Assembly (NCBI GenBank): GCA_021323375.2
Contig: JAJPCT020000004.1
Span: 1-42,123, forward strand
Direction of reading: 5' to 3'
Source of the DNA: Candidatus Wolframiiraptor gerlachensis
Lineage (GTDB): Archaea; Thermoproteota; Nitrososphaeria_A; Caldarchaeales; Wolframiiraptoraceae
Length of the DNA: 42,123 nt
Shown: piece by piece, positions 35,589 to 42,123 of the stretch
Numbering within the stretch: position 1 is the first letter of the stretch
Layout: each line of letters starts with the position of its first letter
Notes under the pieces: generated by a model
The model's input: only the letters and a program-made list of their open reading frames with translations
The model's database searches: none
Told to the model about the DNA's origin: nothing
Position numbers and translations under genes: made by a program

Positions 35589-35612
35589 ATGAATGCTTAT
35601 ATGAATGCTTAT
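35589..35612. repeat. Perfect 12-bp tandem duplication ATGAATGCTTAT x2
   Basis: Copies at 35589-35600 and 35601-35612, in the tatA-tatC spacer. Confidence 0.8.
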
Positions 35613-35655
35613 TTGGAGAGACGCGACGCTTTTTCTCGGCTCTTCCCGTCCTCGG

Positions 35656-35964
35656 CTACTTCTTCTTTGTGAGCCTGATTATTTCCTCTGCTATCTGATC
35701 TCTAGTCTTGCCCTCTGTTTCTATGCCAAGCTCCTTAGCTATCTTGATAAGCTCATCAGATGCCTCGGAGACGGTCTCAGCGAATGGGCGGACAGCCTCC
35801 TTTACCTCTTCTTTCATTTCCTCAGCTTCTTTAGCTGCCTTCTTGAACTCCTTCTTCGCCTCTCCAAGCGCTCTAGCCATCTTCGGCAGCTGGGATGGCC
35901 CCCACAATAGGAGGACTATTATGATCACGGCCACGATAACCCACTCAAGACCTGCGAGCGCCAT
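35656..35964 (-). CDS. tatA: TatA/E
   Basis: EWVIV...LWGPSQLPKMARALG...EFKKA. Confidence 0.93.
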   Translation of the reverse strand: MALAGLEWVIVAVIIIVLLLWGPSQLPKMARALGEAKKEFKKAAKEAEEMKEEVKEAVRPFAETVSEASDELIKIAKELGIETEGKTRDQIAEEIIRLTKKK

Positions 35965-36128
35965 CCTTCTCGATATCATGAGCTTGGGCTCAAATATAAG
36001 CATTCAAGATGCTAAAGGAAAACATTGAAAAGAGTGAGAATTTCTGGAAACATTCGGAGTCGGCTCTTCTCGGGGGAGTTTACTTAATCCTTATAACGTG
36101 CGGATTTCTGAGGGGCTTTAGAGTGGGC

Positions 36129-36587
36129 GTGAGCGGACCTGCCAGCGAGTTTAGGCCCATCGTTAGGTTTCTCGGCACAGATCTAGATGGATCTCTAAAG
36201 GTCCCTTATGCGCTCGCGGCAGTAAAGGGCATTGGTGTGATGCTCGGATATGCTATCGCTAGGGCCGCTGGCGTTGATACGGAAAAGAGGCTCGGCTTCC
36301 TCAGCGAGGAGGAGCTCAGGAAGCTTGAGGAGGTTGCCAGGGACCCGTTAGGTCACGGCATCCCAGCTTGGATGCTGAATAGGAGGAGGGATCCAGCCAC
36401 CGGTAAGGATCTACAGCTCTATGGCTCGGACCTAGTATACGCAATTAGAGAGGATATTCAGAGGGAGATGAGGATAAAGTCTTGGAGGGGTGTCAGGCAC
36501 TCCCTCGGCCTCAAGGTGAGAGGCCAGCGGACCCGAACTACAGGGAGATTCGGAACAGCAGTCGGAGTCTCGAGGAGAAGGCAGTAA
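36129..36587 (+). CDS. rps13: 30S ribosomal protein S13
   Basis: FRPIVR..GTDLDG, VKGIG, P.WMLNRRRD and GLKVRGQRTRTTGR motifs. GTG start assumed. Confidence 0.96.
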   Translation: MSGPASEFRPIVRFLGTDLDGSLKVPYALAAVKGIGVMLGYAIARAAGVDTEKRLGFLSEEELRKLEEVARDPLGHGIPAWMLNRRRDPATGKDLQLYGSDLVYAIREDIQREMRIKSWRGVRHSLGLKVRGQRTRTTGRFGTAVGVSRRRQ

Positions 36588-36633
36588 AGACAAGGGTTAT
36601 CAACATCCTCCCTTCATAATATCATCGAGAGCT

Positions 36634-37182
36634 ATGAGTTCTCCTCGGGTTCTCAGGTATTTTGGTGTGCTTGCTCTCGCGGTCGGCTGGATTACGATAA
36701 TTTTGGCGATAAGCATTAATCCATGGTTCTCTTTGGCCAAGAATGCTCTCAGCGATCTGGGGGCTGTTGGCAGGGAGAATGCATGGATATTCAACTCCGG
36801 GCTGATCTTGGCGGGCACAATCGCCGCCCTCTACTCCATTTACCTCATCACCTCGGCTCGCAGTAAGCTGGAGATCCTCGCTTCCACAATATTCCTCATG
36901 TCCTCGATACACCTGATCATGATCGGTGCCTTCCCAGAAGGAACTTATCCACATCTCTTCGTATCCTACTGGTTCTTCCTATCCGCCGGGATAGCGGTCT
37001 TGCTTTTCGGCGCGTCTATGCTGGTTAAGAGCGATCTCGCCCTTGGCATATCACTCATCATCATATCTATCATAGGGTTCGCCGGCGCCGCCCTCATCCC
37101 ATGGCCTTCTATAGGAGCGGTGGAAGTCTTCGCGATAATCCTGCTAAGCATCTGGGCTATCCTTATGCTGAGGCGATTCTAG
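36634..37182 (+). CDS. DUF998 family membrane protein
   Basis: NPWFS...NALSDLG, FNSGL and IGAFPE...H motifs. Confidence 0.85.
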   Translation: MSSPRVLRYFGVLALAVGWITIILAISINPWFSLAKNALSDLGAVGRENAWIFNSGLILAGTIAALYSIYLITSARSKLEILASTIFLMSSIHLIMIGAFPEGTYPHLFVSYWFFLSAGIAVLLFGASMLVKSDLALGISLIIISIIGFAGAALIPWPSIGAVEVFAIILLSIWAILMLRRF

Positions 37183-37723
37183 GTTCCTCCTCAGCCCCGC
37201 CCACACCCATCTTCTCCAACTCGGCCTTTAACTTCCTCCTTATAGCCGCGGGATTATTCTCCACGCCATAGAGCTCGGCGAAGAGGGGGCTCGTCCTCAG
37301 GATCAGCGTCCTCCCGGATTTCTCAGCCTCGATAAGCCCCTTCTCAAGGAGAATTCTGATATGCTTGTATGCAGATCCTCCCCTAGCCTCAGCCACCTTA
37401 CTCTGCTCAATTGGCTGATGATAAGCTATGAAGGATAAGGTCCTCATGACTCCGCGGCTTAGAAGAGGCTTCCTCAAAATCTTCCTCACGAGCTCCATAT
37501 ATTCCCTCCTGAGCTTGAGGAGATACCTGTTCCCCGGAAGCTCGATCAGCTCCAAGGCCCTTGAATTCTCCTGATAATGCTTCTTGAGCTCCTCGATCGC
37601 GCTTAACACCTTCTTCTTCGACCTCGTCTCACATATCCTCATTATCAGGTTTAGTGGGACCGGCCTTCCGGCCGAGAACAATATTGCCTCAATTCTCGCC
37701 TTCAGCTCCTCTTGGCTGGGCAT
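37163..37723 (-). CDS. scpB: Segregation and condensation protein B
   Basis: IEAILFSAG.P, TLSFIAYHQPI, RG and T...F...G motifs. Confidence 0.93.
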   Translation of the reverse strand: MPSQEELKARIEAILFSAGRPVPLNLIMRICETRSKKKVLSAIEELKKHYQENSRALELIELPGNRYLLKLRREYMELVRKILRKPLLSRGVMRTLSFIAYHQPIEQSKVAEARGGSAYKHIRILLEKGLIEAEKSGRTLILRTSPLFAELYGVENNPAAIRRKLKAELEKMGVGGAEEEPRIASA

Positions 37724-38375
37724 TCCACTTCACCGCTATCAGCCTATGCTCCTCATCCTCTATTAGCTCGACATCTCCCCTCGCGGCGGCGAAGAGTAGG
37801 AGTATGAACCTCCTCGCTGCCTCAAGCCTATCAACTCCCTCAAATATGCTCCTGACATCAATTATCTCCTTGTCGCCGAATATCCTCCTGAGTCCCTCGA
37901 GGAATTCATCCAGCCTCTCCTCAAGCTTGACGAGGAACTCATCGAGCTCCACGTCAAATACTGCGAGAAGCGCCCTCTCCTCGCCATCACCATTATTCCG
38001 GCTTGGCCTGCTGAGAGCTTCTCTAAGAGCTTGTATGAGCTCGCCCACGGCCACGACCATGAACTCCGGCATGCATGGTAGATCGATGGGCGGTGGCATT
38101 ATCATGATCCTCTTCTTCAGGTCGTCCTCCACGGGCCTCGGCCTATCAGCCTTGAGGAGGAGCTCAGTCTTCATCCGATGTATCGTCGCGGCGGAATATG
38201 CGGCGACGCCGCATGAGCTGAGGTCTATGATGCCTATCCTCCCAAGCTCCTCCATAAGCGCCCTAAGAATCTCCACGAGCTTTATCTGCCAGGGCTTAAC
38301 CCTATCAAGCCTCGTAACATCGAAGAGAACCCTCCACCTCGGATCGCTCCAGATCGTGATCACCCTATCTGCCAC
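37689..38375 (-). CDS. scpA: Kleisin ScpA
   Basis: PWQIKL, A...RMKTELL and RFILLLFAA..G.VEL, located between smc and scpB. Confidence 0.85.
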   Translation of the reverse strand: MADRVITIWSDPRWRVLFDVTRLDRVKPWQIKLVEILRALMEELGRIGIIDLSSCGVAAYSAATIHRMKTELLLKADRPRPVEDDLKKRIMIMPPPIDLPCMPEFMVVAVGELIQALREALSRPSRNNGDGEERALLAVFDVELDEFLVKLEERLDEFLEGLRRIFGDKEIIDVRSIFEGVDRLEAARRFILLLFAAARGDVELIEDEEHRLIAVKWNAQPRGAEGEN

Positions 38376-41300
38376 TATTCATCACCTCCTCGAGCCTCGT
38401 CCTGACAACCCGCGATGACCCGCCAGCATTATAGACTCCGATAACCTGATCTGCCTTCTCCACCATAACGTCCTTCAAGCTTATCACGATTATCTGGGTC
38501 CTCCTAGCCATCTCTTTAAACAGCTCGGCGAGCCTCTGGCTATAGCGTAGATCCATGTGAGCATCAACCTCGTCGAAGATGTAGAAGTCGGCGGGGGTGA
38601 GACCTTGAAGCGCGAGGAGGAGCGCCACGGCCGCGACCGACTTCTCGCCACCACTCGCGGCCCTCGAGTTTCTAGGCTGCTTTCCAGGAAACGCGAGGAT
38701 CATCTCAATGCCGCCCTCAAATGGGTTATCTGGGTTCTCAAGCCTCAGCCAACCCCTCCCACCAGTCAGCTTACTGAAATAATGCTCAAAGGACTCGGCA
38801 ACCCTGTTAAACGTCTCCATGAATATCCTCTTCTTCTCACCCTCAACCCACTCGATAAACCTAAGTATCTCCTGCCTCTCCGCCTCTAGCTCCGCTATCC
38901 TAGAGGATCTGACCTTATAGTTTCCAACGATCTCCTCATACTGGGCTGGTGCGAGCTGATTTATCATCTCAAGCTCCTTCAGCTCCGCCTCCAGCTCCGT
39001 TTTCAGCTCCCTAAGCTCCCCCTCAGCCAGCGGGGGGACTTCAATGGAGGATTCCCTGATTATGGAGAACTTCTCCCGGAGATTCCCGAGTTCCACCTCC
39101 AGCCCAGCCCTTCTCACCCTCAGAGACGATCTTGCCTCTGAGGCGCCTCTCACCTCCTCATCTAAGCGGCTGATATTCACTGAGGCGGCCTCAACTTCGG
39201 ATCTAAGCGCCTTGAGCTCGTGATCAAGGTTTCTCCTGAGCTCGGAGAGTATCAGCATGCCGCATGCCGCCTCTGCTATCTCCATCTCCAGCCTCCTGAT
39301 TTCCACAGCCAGCATACTCGCCTTCTCAATTGCCTCGACCCTCTTGCGCCTCACATTCTCAATCCTCTCCATGATCCTCGAGATCTCGGCCCTAACATGC
39401 CTCTCCTCAGCCTTGAGCGCCTCAAGCCTCTTCATAACATTAGAGAGGCGGAGCTGTAGCTCGGATCTCCTGAGCCTCGCCTCCTCAAGAGCTCTCCTCC
39501 TCTCCAGCATCTCCTCATCAAGCCTCCTCAGCCTCAACGCCTCATCCTCACCAATCTCGAGCCCCGGCATCTCCTCCAGCATCCGCCTAGCCTCAGCGAT
39601 CACCTGATCCAATCTCTCGAGCTCCATGCTCAGCGCCTCAAGCCTTTCACGCCTCCTCGCGACCTCATCCTCTATGCTAGAGACCCTTTCTTGGATTATG
39701 TGGATCCTATCCGCCAGCCTGCCCTCCTCGATGCTCAGGCTCGAGCTCCTCGCCATGAGCGCTTTCACCATCTTCTCGAGCTCACTTAACCTCACTCTCA
39801 GCCTCTCCTTCCTCCCCCTCAACCTCTCCAGGACCTGCTGAGCCTCCCTATACTCCCGCGTAGCCACCTCAGCCAGAAGCTCCTCACTAGATGATATGGT
39901 CTCGATCCGCAGATCAGGGTGAATCATCAGACCATTAACTAGGATCTTCTTCCTCACTTGAAGCCGCGGCCTATCAGAGATCTCCACATTCCTCAGAAGA
40001 TATCCGAGTGCGATCTCAGCCCAGTCCGCGCTGGCCCTCACGCCGGGCATCCTAGGCCTCGCACGCACGCTCAAGGCGACGTCCAAGGGCAGTATCCTAA
40101 GCTTTATCCCTGACCCACTTAAAGCCTCAGCAATTCTCATCCCAATAGACACATTATCAACTACGAGGGCACTGAGCCATCCCTCCGTCGCCGACTCTAG
40201 GGCTGCGAGAATCTTCTCATCAGCGGAGATAGCATCCTTCAAGAATCCTTTAACACCTCTAATACCAGCCTCCTTAATCGCTTCGAGGAGCATCTTAGCC
40301 TGATCATCCTCGGGCTTGAGCACACCTATTGATGCAATCCTCTCGAGGATTGTAGAGAGGCTGTGCTCAATTTCCTCAAGGGACGAGATCTTGGAGCCAT
40401 AATCCTCGATAATCTTTCCGAGCCTATCCAGCTCCTCTTGGACAGTTCTCCTCTCGCGCGAGATCTCCTCAAGCCTCTTCTCGAGATCCAGCAGCTCGGC
40501 AAGCGCTCTCTTGCGCTCGTCGCTGAGCTTCTTGATCTCTGCCTCAAGCCTCCTCGCCTCCTCCATAAACGCCTTGCGCCTTGCCTCGGCTTCAGCAATT
40601 TTAGCCTCGATCTCGAGTCTCTTGTGCCTGACCTCCTCGAGCCTCCGCTCAACCTCACCCTTTAACGCGAGATACTCACCCTCGACGCGCCTAAGTTCCT
40701 CAAGCCTCTCACCCTCTCGTGAGCCGGCCTCCTCAACCTCGTACTTCAGCCTCTCAATCTCCTCCAGCAGCCCGCTCCTCTCCGAGGCTATCTCGGCCAA
40801 CCTACCCTCTAAGCTCCTCAGGGAATCTCCTAAGTAATCCTCCTCCCTCTTCAGCCCTTCACATCTCTCCATGAGAGCCGAGACCTCGGTCCTCAGGCCA
40901 TTAACCCTACTCTCCTGAGACCTCCTCAGTACCTCCAGCGAGGAAATCATCGAGTCAATATACTCAATCTTTGCCGAGAGGTCCTCGAGCCTGCCCCTAA
41001 GCCCGTCCCTCCTCTCCATCCATTTAATCTTCTCCTCCTCAAGTGCTCGAAGCCTCTCCTCGACGGCGAGGAGCTGCTCATCAACCTCCCTTAACTCCGC
41101 CTCGAGCCTGCATATGCTCTTCTCGAGCTCATGCCGCTGGATGGCGGCCAGAAACTCCTCGACAAGCCTCCTTCTAAGGGTCTGGTTCCTCTCCCTCTCA
41201 AGCTGCTTAACGCGGGCCTTGACCTCCTTAGTGCCAGCCTTCGCGATCGCGAGGTTCTTCTCGGCAATAGCAAGCTGCTCCTCAGCCTCAGCCTTCTTCT

Positions 41301-41808
41301 TCTCATAATCACTTATCCCAGCAACTTCCTCAAGCATCCTCCTAAGCTCCACACCGCTCCTCTCAGCAATCTCGACAACAGATCCTTGCGGGACTATATT
41401 GAAGCCCGATGGCCTGATATTCGCCATAGATAACAAGGTTAAGAGCTCGTTTCTCGAGACCTGCCTTCCATTAATTGTATACTCGCTCTCACCATCCCGA
41501 TCAATCTTCCTAGAGACCGTGACCTCATCAGAGTCAATGGGCAGAGCCTTATCCGAGTTGTCGAGGGTTATGGAGACCCTCGCCCAGCTAACTGATGGAT
41601 CGTCATGGATGAGTTCAGCAAGCTTGCCAACCCTGAGATTATGAGCGCTAAGCTCCCCAAGAGCAAACCTAATCGCGTCAATCACATTAGACTTCCCGCC
41701 CCCATTAGGGCCCGTGACAACGAGAAACCCTTTCCCAAGCTCGAGAGAGACGCGCCTCGAGCCGAAGGACTTAAACCCTTGAATCGTCAGCCTTTTAATA
41801 TAGACCAT
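38365..41808 (-). CDS. smc: Chromosome segregation protein SMC
   Basis: GFKSF, GPNGGGKSN, Q-loop VPQG, coiled coils, hinge, SGGEKS and FDEVDAHMD. Confidence 0.96.
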   Translation of the reverse strand: MVYIKRLTIQGFKSFGSRRVSLELGKGFLVVTGPNGGGKSNVIDAIRFALGELSAHNLRVGKLAELIHDDPSVSWARVSITLDNSDKALPIDSDEVTVSRKIDRDGESEYTINGRQVSRNELLTLLSMANIRPSGFNIVPQGSVVEIAERSGVELRRMLEEVAGISDYEKKKAEAEEQLAIAEKNLAIAKAGTKEVKARVKQLERERNQTLRRRLVEEFLAAIQRHELEKSICRLEAELREVDEQLLAVEERLRALEEEKIKWMERRDGLRGRLEDLSAKIEYIDSMISSLEVLRRSQESRVNGLRTEVSALMERCEGLKREEDYLGDSLRSLEGRLAEIASERSGLLEEIERLKYEVEEAGSREGERLEELRRVEGEYLALKGEVERRLEEVRHKRLEIEAKIAEAEARRKAFMEEARRLEAEIKKLSDERKRALAELLDLEKRLEEISRERRTVQEELDRLGKIIEDYGSKISSLEEIEHSLSTILERIASIGVLKPEDDQAKMLLEAIKEAGIRGVKGFLKDAISADEKILAALESATEGWLSALVVDNVSIGMRIAEALSGSGIKLRILPLDVALSVRARPRMPGVRASADWAEIALGYLLRNVEISDRPRLQVRKKILVNGLMIHPDLRIETISSSEELLAEVATREYREAQQVLERLRGRKERLRVRLSELEKMVKALMARSSSLSIEEGRLADRIHIIQERVSSIEDEVARRRERLEALSMELERLDQVIAEARRMLEEMPGLEIGEDEALRLRRLDEEMLERRRALEEARLRRSELQLRLSNVMKRLEALKAEERHVRAEISRIMERIENVRRKRVEAIEKASMLAVEIRRLEMEIAEAACGMLILSELRRNLDHELKALRSEVEAASVNISRLDEEVRGASEARSSLRVRRAGLEVELGNLREKFSIIRESSIEVPPLAEGELRELKTELEAELKELEMINQLAPAQYEEIVGNYKVRSSRIAELEAERQEILRFIEWVEGEKKRIFMETFNRVAESFEHYFSKLTGGRGWLRLENPDNPFEGGIEMILAFPGKQPRNSRAASGGEKSVAAVALLLALQGLTPADFYIFDEVDAHMDLRYSQRLAELFKEMARRTQIIVISLKDVMVEKADQVIGVYNAGGSSRVVRTRLEEVMNSGR

Positions 41809-41924
41809 GCCCCTCTCTAATTAAGGTGAACAAGCTGTAGCCTCAAGTTAAAAATTATAGCTCATTAGGATTCCGGTCATACGTATAATCTTCCCGAGGA
41901 ATTACGCCTATATCCCGCAAGACT

Positions 41925-42123
41925 TTAATCTATCTCATTCCACCACTTCTTCTTTTCACCAATCTTAGCCCTCTTGAGCCAGTTCTTAGTCTTCGGCATT
42001 TCCTCCAAGAACCGAAGAAGGTTCTTAATCTTTTCTTCAACATCTCTGGCATCAGCATCATCCAAAATATGTTCGTTCCGGTATTTCTCAAGGAAGATTG
42101 GAACCTTCTCCAAATTAAGCTTC
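41925..42123 (-). CDS. 3' part of a hypothetical protein (starts outside the window)
   Basis: The frame is open to the window edge. C-terminus PKTKNWLKRAKIGEKKKWWNEID. AT-rich. Confidence 0.6.
   Translation of the reverse strand, partial: KLNLEKVPIFLEKYRNEHILDDADARDVEEKIKNLLRFLEEMPKTKNWLKRAKIGEKKKWWNEID

Noticed and set aside
527-41820. Numerous antisense or overlapping ORFs in the track (e.g. 527-1012, 3490-3954, 9127-9666, 22187-22792, 28285-28614, 37654-38418)
   Set aside because: They are Ser/Leu/Pro-rich shadows of well-supported genes or RNAs and carry no recognisable motifs.
1-42123. CRISPR array, TIGR multi-unit array, rRNA genes
   Set aside because: No regularly spaced repeats or rRNA-like stretches were seen. 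The guide RNAs occur as single units.

Overview
Archaeal window, probably from a thermophilic TACK archaeon. Histone, CdvA-like protein, SMC-ScpAB, UPF0182 and C/D sRNAs suggest Aigarchaeota/Caldarchaeales, but that is inference. Most of it is housekeeping: PAC2, aIF6, deoxyhypusine synthase, thermosome, histone, adenylate kinase, TrmI, a split convergent A-type ATP synthase locus, intron-containing tRNA-Trp, dcd, RNase P proteins, tatAC, rps13 and smc-scpA-scpB. The main discovery is a candidate RNA-guided mobile system. A ~1.2 kb element (7297-8496, flanked by the direct repeat AAACCTAT) encodes a compact 297-aa IS110/Nop-like RuvC protein that lacks the usual catalytic-serine loop. It is followed by a ~150-nt hairpin RNA whose internal loop carries two guides (10 and 12 nt) matching opposite strands of the element's own reconstructed empty insertion site. 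A second, protein-less copy of the same RNA scaffold (18781-18915) has its own TATA box and different guides with the same 7+3+9 geometry; one of these guides matches its flank exactly. The element also carries a remnant of a small gene that elsewhere in the window sits in front of a free-standing LAGLIDADG endonuclease. Also seen: three C/D box sRNAs, a likely chimeric junction at the window start, and two single-base lesions in core genes (dys amber codon, atpD/atpC ATGA overlap).
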